Source: Torpedo marmorata (Eukaryota). From it: a DNA stretch of 64,000 nt. Shown here in pieces: positions 38,561 through 51,411 of the stretch (its first letter is position 1; every line of letters begins with the position of its first letter). The translations under genes and the position numbers were made by a program. The notes under the pieces are model-generated. The model did no database searches, was not told where the DNA came from, and was given only the letters and a program-made list of their open reading frames with translations. The stretch lies in assembly GCA_977017645.1 (NCBI GenBank), contig OZ360254.1:35030001-35094000 (forward strand). Direction: 5' to 3'.

Positions 38561-38851
38561 TTCACGATGTGAGTTGACATGGGTTTAGACCTTGTGCTCA
38601 GTGAGGATGTAACCATTAACCTCAACTCTCTGGGCCAGGGTACAATAAACAAATAGAAAAAACAAAGCAGGCATTGGTTCCGGCTGTGATCAATAGACAG
38701 GGATCCTTAGTAGATAAACTTTCATTATATAGCTGTTGGAGCAAAAAGATAAACTCCTCGAAGAACACAGCAGGTCAAGCAGCATCTGTGGAGGTAAAGG
38801 GATGGTTGATATTTCAGGTTGGGACCCTGCATCAGGACTGTGGTGTTAAAA

Positions 38852-39549
38852 CAGCCCTTCCAAGTGAAGCAAAACTTCACTTGTGAATCTGTGGGAGTCA
38901 TCTACTGCATCCGGTGCTCCCGTTGTGGCCTTCTCTACATCGGAGAGACTGGACGCAGACTGGGAGATCACTTCTCTGAGCACCTTCGCTCTCTCCGCAT
39001 CAGCAACAGGGGTCTGCCAGTGGCCACCCATTTCAAATCTGCGCCCCACTCCTGCGCTGACATGTCTGTCCATGGCCTCGTCCTGTCAAAACAAGACCAC
39101 CCATAAATTGGAGGAGCAACACCTAATATTCCGTCTGGGCACTCTCCAACCGGATGGCAATAGCATCGACTTCTCGTGTTTCTGCAAGACCACTCCCCAT
39201 TCTCCCTCTCTTCCCCATCCCTCTGTCACCTTTCCTCCAGTTCCCCACCCCCTTACTTCTCCATTCACAGAACTATCCCCCCTCCCCCTGTTTGCTGGTG
39301 TGCCCTCCCTCCCTTATCCACCTATTACCTCCTGCCTGTGGGACTGTGCTCCTCCCCCTACCCCTCCCCCACCATTTTGTTCGGACACCTGCCTACATTT
39401 TCCCATACCTTGATGAAGGGCTCAAGCCCGAAACGTTGGTTATGTATTTTTATCTTTGCTACATAAAGTACACTGTTTGACCTGCTGAGTTTCTCCAGCT
39501 TTGTGTTTTTACTTCAACCACGGCGTCTGCAGACTTTCGTGTTTTACTC
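38852..39549 (+). mobile_element. PLE GIY-YIG/3' fragment, second subfamily
   Basis: VIYCIRCSRCGLLYIGETGRRLGDHFSEH; hammerhead-like motif at 39404-39444; 14-bp TSD CTGTGGTGTTAAAA at 38838-38851 and 39550-39563. Confidence 0.9.
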
Positions 39550-39964
39550 CTGTGGTGTTAAAAGTTGCTTAACAACATCCGCAATCAGGCATCGCACAGA
39601 GTGGGCAGTAAAGTAATAGAGAATCGAAAATAAAATCTGCAGATACTGGAAATCTAAAGTAAAAACAGAAAATGTTGCAATACTTAGCAGATGAGACCAC
39701 AAATGTGGGAAGAGAAACAGAGGCAATAGTTCAGGTTCAAAGCTTACCCAATGACAAGGCAAAGCCTTTGACAATTGGAAGAGAGAAAATTGATTAGAGC
39801 TAAAATATACCTCAGTTTGTGCCTTCGACATTTGAAGAGAACTCAAAGTTTTGGACAATGACTGTTACGATAACTTTTATGGTCCAGCCTGCTTATATTA
39901 ATTGAATATGATTCTAGAATTTCATACAGTAGGTTTATAAAATCATTGACTTACACGTTTCACA

Positions 39965-40392
39965 AGAACATAAGAAATAGGAGCAGGAGTCGGCCATCGG
40001 GCCCGTCGAGCCTGCTCCGCCATTCAATGAGATCATGGCTGATCTGATGATAGGCTCATCTCCACCTACCTGCCTTTTCCCCATATCCCTTAATTCCCCT
40101 ACTATGTAAAAATCTATCCAACCTTGTCTGAAATATATTTACTGAGGTCGCCTCCACTGCTTCAATGGGCAGCGAATTCTACAGATTCACCACTCTCTGG
40201 GAAAAGCAGTTCCTCCTCATCTCCGTCCTAAATCTACTACCCTGAATCTTGAGGCCTAGTTCTGGTCTCCCCCACCAATGGAAACAACTTATCTACCTCT
40301 ATCTTATCTATGACTTTCATAATTTTATATGTTTCTATAAGATCCCCTCTCATTCTTCTAAATTCCAGCAAGTACAGTCCCAGACGACTCAA
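39965..40392 (-). mobile_element. CR1 3' end, followed by a PLE end (40393-40534, minus)
   Basis: Reverse-complement homology to 53580-53995; typical CR1 3' hairpin and TTCTTATG-type tail. Confidence 0.85.
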
Positions 40393-41539
40393 AAGTAAAC
40401 ACGAAAATCTGTAGACACCGTGGTTGAAGTAAAAAACACAAAAGCTGGAGAACTCAGCAGGTCAAACAGTGTCTTTTATGTAGCAAAGGTAGAAATACAT
40501 AACCGACGTTTCAGGCTTGAGCCCTTCATCAAAGTAATCTCTCTTCAAATGATTTGGACAAATTACAGATTTATTTCAGCAAATTTACTCATTTTTTTTC
40601 TCTATCCCCCCTGGCAATTTTTATAAGACTATTCAAAATCCAGACAGGTTGCATCGGCTGTGGCACAAAATTTCCAGCTGACAACGTCACATAGCAAAGG
40701 ACCCAGCCTGGCTGGGTATGGAAAGTTAAAACATTTAGCATGTGATGCACGAAATACTCCACAGATGAAGAGGTTGGAGACAATATGGATCATTATTCCA
40801 TCTCATTCTACTGTAGCTTAACTAATATTAATTTGTGGGTAACACACATTCCAAAGCAAGCATTTGCCTGCAAACCTACCCAATAGATACATGAGATCAT
40901 CAGCCCCTGAAGCCTTTCTGACATTCAATTAGATCGTGATCGTGATCGTGATTTTCCAGTGCCATTATCCCCTCCTTTCTTCCATACCCTTTCCTTTTGA
41001 CAACCTTGCACTTTCAACCACAATGCCAGAACCCCTAGTTTCCACAAACCCTTAAGAGGAATAGTGTCAGATTTTCATGACCATTTTTTTGAAAAAAGTG
41101 CTCATTAATTTTACACCTAAGTGATTCAGCTCAGAATGGTAGATTTTGTGCCCTTCGAGATGTCCTCAATGACAGGAAATAGCTTCCCTCGATTCTACTG
41201 AATCTCCATCACTGAAGCACTTTGATGAGATCAGTGTTCTATCTCCTAAAGGGAATCTAAATCGAGTTTTTGCAACCGCATAATTTAAAGCCTTGGTACC
41301 ATTCTGGTGAATCCAAACTATACTCTTTCTAAGGTTAATATATCCTGTCCAAAAATGAATGCATTTCAGATGGGTTTCAGACACTGAGGATACTGAGGCT
41401 TTGATGAAGGATCTAAACATTAAAGTGGAATTTTGTCACTTCAGTATTCAAACTGCACTGCGAACAGGCCAAGATTTCATTCGGTTTCCTGCTTGTCTTT
41501 TATACCATTTGTACATGGACGTCCAAATCCAACTATTGT

Positions 41540-42210
41540 GAAAACATTGGTGTACTGTGTGGTTCTGGTCGCCATGTTACAGGAAGGATGTGATTGCACT
41601 GGAGAGGGTGCAGAGGAGATTCACCAGGATGTTGCCTGGGATGGAACATTTCAGTTATGAGGAGAGACTAAATAGACTGGATTTGCTTCCTCGGAATGGA
41701 GGAGGGTGAGGGGTGACCTGATGGGGATGTACAAAATTATGTCAAAATTGCACAGAGTTAGTTTAAGCTGAGGAGGAATGTTTTCACCCAGAGAGTAGTA
41801 GAAATCTGGATCACATTCCCGTAGAGAATGTTGAAGGCAGATACCATCACAACGTCTCTGAAGATCATTGAGGATCCCTTCCACCCCACACACAGCATCT
41901 TTCAGCTGCTCCCGTCGGGGAAGAGATACAGGAGTATCAGAGCCAGCACCACCAGGCTGACGAACAGCTTCTTCCCACGGGCAGTGAGCGACCAAAGGAA
42001 CTGCTCACACAAGCCATCCGAGACTCTCATATTTATGAAACAATATTTATTTGTATAGATGAAATACTTGTCCTGCATATGTATTGTTTGTCTGTATGTG
42101 TGATACGTCTGGCTGTGTGTCTGCGTGTTTTGCACCGAGGACCGGAGAACGCTGTTTCGTCGGGTTGTACTTGTGCAAGCAGATGACAATAAACTTGAAC
42201 TTGACTTGGA
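41540..42210 (+). mobile_element. CR1 fragment followed by a Rex-type subfamily D 3' end (ACTTGA tail)
   Basis: CR1-like ERVQRRFTRMLPG segment, then [28 protein letters not shown]; related copies at 56280-56742 and 62098-62410. Confidence 0.75.
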
Positions 42211-42407
42211 CATTGAAGTATTTAGATGAGCACCGAATCATCAATGTACAGATGTGATCGCAAATGGGATGAGTATAGATGGTGACTGAGTCGTCAGCAT
42301 GGACATGGTCAATCGGCTTGTCCCGGTGCAGTCCATGGTGTCCCGTTGAATAGATAGAGAATGGATGGCCTCACACCCGTCCGTATTGAACTCTATTTTA
42401 ATTTTTT

Positions 42408-42577
42408 AATTTAGACATACAGCACGGTAACAGGCCCTTTCGGCCCACGAGCCCATGCTGCCCCATTACACCAAATTGACCTACAACCCCCGGTACATTT
42501 TAAATGTTGGGAGGAAACCGGAGCACCCGGGGAAAACCCACGCAGACACAGGGAGAACGTACAAACTCCTTACAGAC
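42408..42577 (-). mobile_element. V-SINE-like 3' fragment
   Basis: Homologous to 2508-2680. Confidence 0.8.
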
Positions 42578-43332
42578 CACAATCACAACATCTGCAGACT
42601 TCCGTGTTTCACCTCCTTGCCTCGTAAACCTCCTTTACACTTTCCCTCTCACCTTAAATATACGTCCTGAGCATTTAACACTTCCACCCTGGGAAAAAGA
42701 CCCCATCTATACCCTTCAAACTTCCATCAGGTCTCCGCTGAGCTTCTGATGTTCCAAACAACTCAAGTTTGTCCAACCTCTAATTATCGCGAATACTTTC
42801 CAATCCAGGCACATGATCAATGAACCAAAGACACTGCCTTACTTTGACTTTTCGTGCACTATTTTTATTTATTTTGTAAGGTTTATATGAATGTTTGCAC
42901 TGTGATGCTGCTGCAAAACAACGAATTTCATGACTTGTTCACGACAATAAATTCTGATTCTGATCCTGAGTGATATCACCTCGCACCCCAATGTTCAGAG
43001 AACAAACATTTTACCTTTACCTTCGATTTTTAATCAATTATGAAGGCAAGTTCCAAGTGACCAGCAATTCCCCTGGGGAATCTGGCCGAGGGGTTGAGGA
43101 GGTGCAATAGAGGGCAGGCTGATGGATGTGGGGGCTGGAGCGTGGAGGTGGTGTGATCCTCGACCATTCGCTGTCTCTGAAGGGACTGTCATTCCTTTCC
43201 TCCTTTTTGCAAAATGGTGCCGGGGCACGGAGACTTTGCTGGCCCTTGAAGGGCATGCCAAAGAAAACCTTTCACCGTATCTCAGGACACGTGACAACAA
43301 TAAATCAATCCAACTGCTTAGTTTTGCCTCTG

Positions 43333-44052
43333 GCCAACAACCTTGCGCTCAACATTAGCAAAACCAAGGAGATGATTGTGGACTTCAGGAGGAAGTCAGG
43401 AGAATATGAACCAGTCCTCATCAAGGGGTCAGCAGTGGAGAGGGTCATGAACGTCAAATTCCTGGGTGTCAACATCTCCGAGGATCTGTCCTGGGGCCTC
43501 CATGTTGATGCAATCACGAAGAAGGCTCGCCAGCGGTTATAATTTGTGAGGAGTTTGAGGAGATTCGGTATGTCACTGAAGACTCTCAGAAACCGTGGAG
43601 AGCATTCTGGCTGGTTGCATCACTGCCTGGTACGGATGTGCCAACGCTCAGGACATGAAAAAACTCCAGAGGGTTGTTAACTCGGCCTGTGACATCACAG
43701 GCACCAGACTTCACTCCATCGAGGACATCTACAAGAAGAGGCAGTATCTTAAGAAAGCAGCCTCTATCCTCAAGGATCTCCACCACCCAGGCCATGTCCT
43801 CTTCACTCTGCTATCATCGGGAAAAAGGTACAGGAGCCTGAAGACGAACACCCAGCGGCACAAGGACAGCTTTTTCCCCTCCGCCATCAGATTCCTGAAT
43901 GATCAATGAACCACAGACACTGCCTCACTTTGACTTTTTCTTGCATTATTTTTATTTATTTTGAAAGGTGGTTTATATAAATGTTTGCACTGTGATGCTG
44001 CCGCAAAACAACGAATTTCGTGACATGTTCATGACAATAAATTCTGATTCTG
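43333..44052 (+). mobile_element. Rex1/Babar A-related 3' fragment
   Basis: [21 protein letters not shown] through to the TTCTGA tail. Confidence 0.88.
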
Positions 44053-44444
44053 GCCTCCTTTATGAATCATGTGAATTTTGAAAAGTTTCTTAGTAGCCCA
44101 CATGGATGCCCTACACCCAATGTGCCTGTGGTCTCCAGCCTTCGAGAGAAAGGAGAAACGAATCCATCAAAGACATCTCTCACCCTTGACAGCTGCTGTA
44201 TTTCCAAGCAAGAGGCAGACACTTCTGCAGTGACTTCAAGTGGAAGTTGTGACCACAAGGTTGCCATCATCCAGAGCCACTTCCTCTGACGAATGATTGC
44301 GCATTCTGGAAATAGAGGTCAAATCTTTTGGAAAAGAGGAAATTTATACAATAAACATTTTATTGTTCTTTTTAACCCCTTGATTAAATCTTTCCTCAAT
44401 TTATGATTTAATCAAGGGGTGAAAAAAACCAATAATATGTTCCT

Positions 44445-45088
44445 TGTACATCCAGAGAACTTATTTACTGCATCCGGTGCTCCCTTTGTGGCTTTCTCTA
44501 CATCGGAGAGACCGGTCGTAGATTTGGAGATCGCTTTGCTGAGCACCTCCTCTCCGTCCGCAACAACAGCGACCTCCCAGTAGCCAGCCATTTCAATTCC
44601 GAGTCACACTCCCACACTCACATGTCTGTCCATGGCCTTATGTACTATCCCACCCAGACTACCTGCAAATTGGAGGAATAACATTTTATTTTCCGTCTGG
44701 GCACTCTCCAGCCAGATGGCATTAACATTGACTTTTCTGCTTTCCACTAAACCTGCTTGTTGATTCCTTCACCTCCCCCCTCACCTGTCCTTCCTGTTTT
44801 TTTTCACCCACCCAACCATCCCTCCTCCCCCTCTTTGCTGCTGTCCCCTCCCTCCTTTCTCCACCTATCATCTCCTTCCTTTGCCACCCCCCCCCCTTCC
44901 CCCCTCACTCTTTTGTTCGGACACCTGCTGGCATTTTCTCATACTTTGATGAAGGGCTCAAGCCCGAAACGTCGGTTATGTATTTCTACCTTTGCTACAT
45001 AAAAGACACTGTTTGACCTGCTGAGTTTCTCCAGCATTTGTGTTTTTTTTACTTCAACCACGGTGTCTACAGATTTTCGTGTTTTACT
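44445..45088 (+). mobile_element. PLE GIY-YIG/3' fragment
   Basis: Near-identical to 4483-5116; hammerhead-like motif at 44940-44980. Confidence 0.9.
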
Positions 45089-45355
45089 TTCCTTTCCTAT
45101 TTCTCTTTGCCTGATCAGTAAGCATGAGACATACATTTTAAGATTCAAGATTCCTTTATTGTCATGGAACATAACACAAAATTGCCTTCTGCCTCCCGTA
45201 GAGCAAAGAGTCGCCATTGGTGTTGCCTGGCACCCCTTTACATTATGAGAGAGAGAGAAGCAAAAGAAAGTCCCTTCAGAGTCACTGAGTGGTCGTGGAT
45301 TTCATTGGGAAGATTAGATACTGAAGAATTTCTTTTCACCTATAGACCAATAACG

Positions 45356-45592
45356 CGGCACGGTTAACGTAGCGGTTAGCTCAACACTGTTACAGTGCTA
45401 GCGACTGGAATTCGAATCTGCCGCTGTCTGTAAGGAGTTTGTACATTCTCCCCGTGTCTGCGTGCGTTTTTCCCGGGTGCTCCGGTTTCCTCCCAACGTT
45501 CAAAACTTATGGGGGTTGTAGGTTAATTGGGTGTAATTGGGCAGCACGGACTCATAGGCCGAAATGGCCTGTTACTGTGCTGTATGTCTAAA
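45356..45592 (+). mobile_element. V-SINE-like element
   Basis: Full head, core and tail as in the other copies (also 52356-52645, interrupted by a Rex tail). Confidence 0.85.
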
Positions 45593-46654
45593 TTTTTATT
45601 TATATAACATGCCTAGATGACATTGCCTGTAAACAGTGGGGGATACAGGTACATTTAAAAAGTAACTGAATCAGTTCTCAAAGAGCTTTAACTTACAACG
45701 CTGAAGACCAAAGTCTCGCAAGTAGGATCAACACTTGCTTGTACCAATACGGGTGCAATGGACTGAATGCATTGCTGAGACTTTATTTCCGATTCTAACT
45801 GAAGAGAGCAAATTGGTGCTTTTGTTCTATTAAAAGCTCATGGTGCACGGCATTCCTACAGCTGTCCCCTGACGCCATCCTTCCTGACAGTGGATAACAT
45901 GTGCAGCTCTTCTGTTCTAACACTTGGAGCCAGAGTCTCATCCTGTGATGGCACTGGGCTACGCTTTTACTTCAGACACTTGGCGAGATCCTCTCCACTG
46001 TACAAACTATACCGGCTCCCTTTCCTTGATCAAATTAACGTCCACAGGCTCTATCCTTTCCCGGAAATGTTTATTTTCTACATTACAGCAAGCATCAATT
46101 TGCACACATAGTCCCCAATCAAGATTCAATTTATTGTCATGTAATAAAGACAGTGCAATATTACACGGAATTCGTTTTCGTCTGCCGTAAGGCAGGGAGA
46201 TTCGCCATCGGCAGCAATCGCCTGAAGCGCTTCTTGCAGTCAGAGAAAGAGAAGCAAAAGAGAGTCCCCTCAGAGTCCCCGAGTGTCCGTGGATTCGCCT
46301 CCAGCGCTCCCGCAGCCTCTGCAGCCACACCAGAGTCCAGTCCAAACTATCGGCAACCCGAGCTCCAGATCCGAAACTCTGAAACGATCAGGAACCCTTC
46401 AGTGCCCTTGGCACCCTCTCGCATCCCGGTTCCAATACCTGGTACCCCTTCAGCCAGTCTCCAGCAGTCCGCAGTCCCGTGTGAATCCCTCAACATGCAG
46501 TGAAATTATCTAAAGTACTTAATTAGTGCATTAAAGTAAGAACTTAATGGAAGCCTTATAATCTGCTTCACTATTGGACAGGATCACACATGATCCTGTG
46601 GCTCAACATTACTTTCCTGTCCATCTCCATAGCCTCTGACTCTCCAATAAATTA

Positions 46655-47256
46655 CACTGGACAAATTTTTTTTTTTTAAAGTTTGCTTCCTGAAAAAAAA
46701 TGGGGGATTATGACAGACAACTTCAAGCTGAACACAAAGATAATTTCAGATTTGCGGTATCACGTAGGAAGTTGGAGAAACATTAAATTAAATTTGATTG
46801 AATTTAGCATGTTTAATGATGCTGACACATTGCGTTAGTTCAACTGACCTAAAAATGTTTTGCCACTGATTTTCATTTGTACTCAGCATCTGATGCCTCT
46901 CGTGTCAGTGTCCAACAATAGTCGGCCAGCATTGGTGGATTCCAGTTGCCCTGATACCGCTTTTCCACGGTCGCAATGTCCTGGTGAAACCTTTCACCGT
47001 GTTCGTCACTGACTGCACCAAGATCAGCAGGGAAGAAGTCCAAGTGCGAATGCAGAAAATGAATTTTCAATGACATGTTGCACTTCATGGTTTTGTATGT
47101 TTGAAGTAGACTTAAAATATGACAAGAAATCACAAAAATAGGTTATTATCTAAAGTAATTGATTGGAAAATATTAAGGTGATTTCGTGATCAGCAGCCCA
47201 AAATCCATAAAATACACCCAAAAGTGTTCAGGACGCAAAATCTTCATTGTCCAGTG
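46655..47256 (-). mobile_element. Non-autonomous Chapaev3-like DNA transposon, copy 2
   Basis: Same TIRs, similar length and same transposase remnant as 5547-6159. Confidence 0.75.
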
Positions 47257-47289
47257 TGATCAACTGTCCTTTTGAATATGCTCCACTAC

Positions 47290-47932
47290 TAACCGGCAGC
47301 AGCCACGAGGGGCTGCAGACTCCGGGGAAGCGGAGGACTGGAGCAGGGCACCAGAGGACGAGAAGATCACCTCCCGAATGAGAAGGAGAAGCGGAGGAGA
47401 CAACCCACGGGACGGTGACCATGACGGCAGACCAGTGAGGGGCTATGAGGCTGAAGGACCAGTGCGTGTGGCGGGCTGCTGACGACTCGAGGCGAGGAAC
47501 CCGCGGAGGCTGTGGGCTGCTGGAGACTGCTGGCGGGAGACTCACGCTGGGCTGCGGACTGCTGGAGACTGGCTCAAACTGGCTGGAGGAGTACCAGGTA
47601 TCGGAACCGGGATGCGAGGGGGTGCCGAGGGCGCCAAAGGGTTCCTGACCATGTCGGAGGTTCGGATCTGGAGCTCGGGTTGCCGATGGTTTGGACTGGA
47701 CTCTGTGTGGCTGCGGAGGCTGCGGAAGCGCTGGAGGCGAATCTACGGACACGCGGTGACTCTGGGGGGACCCTCTTTTGCTTCTCTTTCTCCGACTGTA
47801 AGGAATGTTAGAGGCGCTTAGGCAGTTTCTGCCGGTGGTGAATCTGTCTGCCTTGCAGCTGGCAAAAAGAAATTTCATGGAATATGACACTGTCTTATTA
47901 CTATGACAATAAATTGAATCTTGAATCTTGAA
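47290..47932 (+). mobile_element. GC-rich non-coding retroposon family with a (TTGAATC)n tail
   Basis: Ends ATGACAATAAATTGAATCTTGAATCTTGA. Minus-strand relatives at about 45140-45300, 46117-46490, 50915-52085, 54722-55430 and 62563-63110. Confidence 0.8.
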
Positions 47933-48897
47933 ACATGAACTGTTCCATCTGAGTAAAGAATCCAAAATCAGAATTTATTGTCATGAACATGTCACGAAAC
48001 TTGTCGTTTTGTGGCAGCATCACAGCGCAAACAATGCTGTAAATTATGTTTCAAAATAAATAAATCGTACAAAAAATAGGAGAAAGTAAGGCAGTGTCTG
48101 TGGTTCATTGTCCGTTCTGAAATCCGATGGCAGAGGGGAAGAAGCTGTCCTTGTGCCGCTGGGTGCTCGTCTTCAGGCTCCTGTACCTTTTTACCGATGG
48201 TAGCAGAGTGAATTCCATACTTCTACACCATGCAGGGAATAAATTTCAATATAATCTATTGTTGAGGCTGAGTCAATGGAACTATTAGGATAGGTGGCTA
48301 AAACGAAGTTGAAGGTAGGTTTGGAAATGTACAGCATCGCAAAATGTCTTCACACGGTGGGTATGTAAAGGATATTTCTTCAAGTGGGAGAATCCAGAAA
48401 CAGGGTCACCCAGTAGGGTAAAGGTTTTTTTTCTCTCAGAATTCTCTCAATTCTCCTCTGAATTGAGGAGAATTCGTACTGTTTGTTTGAAGGACTTTAC
48501 TGTTCCTTTCCCGTTCTTGCTCCTCGTTCCTTGTCACATCTGTCACTCTGGATCGGAGGATGGGTGACTGGAAGTGGATGCTCAAAAGCACCAGCGAGGA
48601 TAGTTGCCAGCATTAGAATAAGTAAGACTGTCTAATTGCCATTGGCTGCGAAACCTGGGCCACTGATACTGTCACAATGAAGCTTAAGGTTGTGGAAACA
48701 GAATCTTTGGAAATTTTAGTAAAAACACAAAAATGCTGGTGGAACTCAGCAGGTCACACAGCGTCCAGAGGAGGTAAAGATACATTACTGATGTTTTTGG
48801 CTTGAGCCCTTCTTCAAGTACCGAAACATCATTTATATATCTTTACCTCCTCTGCACACTGCGAGACCTGCTGAGTTCCTCCAGCATTTCTGTGTTT

Positions 48898-50657
48898 CAA
48901 GTCAAGTCAAGTCACCTTTATTTGTCGTTCATTACCATATACACAGTAAGACGAGATAGCGTTTCTCCAGGACCATGGGCAGATGTACATAAATATCATA
49001 ATACAATTAAAAAAACTATAACATGCTAATACACATATATATCTAGAAATTGAGGAGCCTGATGGCTTGGGGGAAAAAACTGTTGCACAATCTGGACGTA
49101 CGAGCCCGAGTACTTCGGTACCTCCTTCCAGATGGCAAAAGGGAAAAAAGTTTACCAAAGGGGTGTGAGAAGTCCTTCACAATGTTATTAGCCTTCCTCC
49201 TGCATCGTGTGTTGTAGATGTCCGTCATGGTGGGAAGAGAGACACCAATAATTTTCTCCACTGACCCCACTATCCTCTGCAGGGTCTTTCGGTCCGAGAT
49301 GGTACAGTTTCCAAACCAAGCGGTGATGCAATTGCTCAGAATACTCTCAATACATCCCCTGTAGAATGTAGTAAGGATAGGGGTTAGAACGTGAACTTTC
49401 CTCAGCCTTCTCAGGAAGTAAAGACGCTGCTGGGCTTTCTTGACTATAGAACTGGTGTTGAGGGACCAGGTGAGACTCTCCGCCAAGTGCACTCCAAGAA
49501 ACTTGGTACTCTTTACAACCTCAACGGTAGAGCCGTCCATGGTCAAAGGAGAATGATCCCCCTGGGCCCTTCTGAAGTCGACAACCAACTCTTTCGTTTT
49601 ATTTACATTCAGATGCAGGTTGTTGGCTCCGCACCATTCCAGTAGCGACTGCACCTCATCTCTGTATGCTGACTCATCGTTCTTGCTGATAAGGCCCACC
49701 ACGGTCATATCATCAGCGAACTTGATGATGTGATTCGAGCTGTGTTTTGCTGTACAGTCATGAGTCAGCAGAGTGAATGGCAATGGACTAAGCACACAGC
49801 CCTGGGGAGCCCCCGTGCTCAATGTAATGACCTTAGAAGTGCTGTTTCCAATCCGGACTGCCTGAGGTCTTCCCATCAGGAAGTCTAGGATCCAATTACA
49901 GAGGGTGTTGTTTAGGTCCAGCCCACTCAACTTCCCTATCAGGTACTGAGGTATGATCGTGTTGAATGCCAAGCTGAAGTCAATAAACAGCATGCGAACA
50001 TATGCGTCCTTATTTTCCAGGTGGGTGAGGGCTAGGTGGAGGGTGGTAATGATGGCATCATCTGTGGAGCGGTTTGATCTATATGCGAACTGTAGGGGGT
50101 CCAGTGAGGGGGGCAGCAGAAGCTTGATGTGCCCCATGACGAGCCTCTCGAAGCACTTCATGACAGTAGATGTGAGTGCGACAGGGCGGTAGTCATTGAG
50201 GCAGGACACCGTCGACTTCTTCGGCACGGGGATGATGGTAGCGGCTTTGAAGCACGTTGGAACCTTGGCACCGCTCAGGGAGATGTTAAAGATGTCGGTG
50301 AGAACATCAGCCAGCTGGGCCGCACATCCCCTGAGCACTCTGCTGGGAATGTTATCTGGCCCAGCAGCTTTCTGTGGGTTAACCTTGCTTAACACTCTCC
50401 TCACGTCGGCCACTGTAAAACACAGCACCTGATCATTTGGAGGAGGGGTGGTCTTCTTTGCCGCTACAATACTTTTCGCCTCAAAACGCGCGTAGAAGTT
50501 GTTCAGTGCATCTGGGAGGGAGGCATCACCAGCACAGTCAGATTGTGCGGTCTTGTGGCTGGTGATATCTTGAATGCCCTTCCACATGCGTCGCGTGTCC
50601 TTGCTGTCCTGAAAGTGACTCTGAATTCGCTGGGCATGTGCATGCTTTGCCTCCCTT
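48898..50657 (-). mobile_element. Rex1/Babar subfamily C (TTGAC tail) with an open 514-aa RT ORF (49043-50587)
   Basis: [23 protein letters not shown] and KFADD motifs. Inserted into a palindromic PLE-end element (48720-48897 plus 50658-50697). Confidence 0.92.
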
Positions 50658-50945
50658 TTACTACAATCACAGCGTCTGCAGACTTTCGTGTTTCACTTTG
50701 GATATTTTAAGGCAGGTGTAGACTAAGAAAGTGGCAAAAAGTTCTGGAGGCACAAAAACTGCAGATGCTCGAATCTTGGACAAACAGCAGCAGAAGGAAC
50801 TCAACGGGTTGATAAAGGGTTCCGACCCGAAACATTGACTGACCATTTCTACCCATGGATGCTGCCTGACTCGCTGACTTCCTCCAGCAGATCATTGTTC
50901 AATGGTGAAAAGTTAGATTCAAGATTCCTTTATTGTCTTGTAATA

Positions 50946-51411
50946 CAGGTGCCTAACCTTTTATCTGAAAACCTTGGGACCGGACACTTGTCGGAATTCG
51001 GATTTTTTCGGTTTATAGAATTATTTTAACGGCGGTACTTTTAAATAATCGCGTTGCTTCAGATTCGCGCAAAACAAAGGCACACTCCAACCAGAAGGGT
51101 TTCTGGACGGCGGCGTTGGATGGTGGGGGGTTGCGGCGGCGCTGGACGGGGATGTTCGTGGCTGCGCTGGGTCGCGGCGGCACTGGACGGGGGGGTTCGC
51201 AGCAGTGCTGGACGGGGGGACGGGGGGGTGGTAAATGAAGTAAGATAAAGATAGACCATAAAATTACTAGCGTACTTTTTATTTTTGAGTAAAACATACA
51301 GTAAAACTTCAAACATTAACTGGCTCAAACTAAGCTAAAAACCTGAAACTATACTGGAAAAAATGTTCAGTTTTCGGAATTTCGGGTAAAAGGTAAAAGG
51401 TTAGGCACCTG
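50946..51411. mobile_element. Tc1/mariner-pogo (Tigger-like) MITE
   Basis: TIR CAGGTGCCTAACCTTTTA / TAAAAGGTTAGGCACCTG; TA TSD; splits the tail of a GC-rich retroposon. Confidence 0.88.

Noticed and set aside
44062-44310. Possible exon of a neighbouring gene
   Set aside because: There is an acceptor-like site on the minus strand, but no recognisable protein similarity or partner exons.
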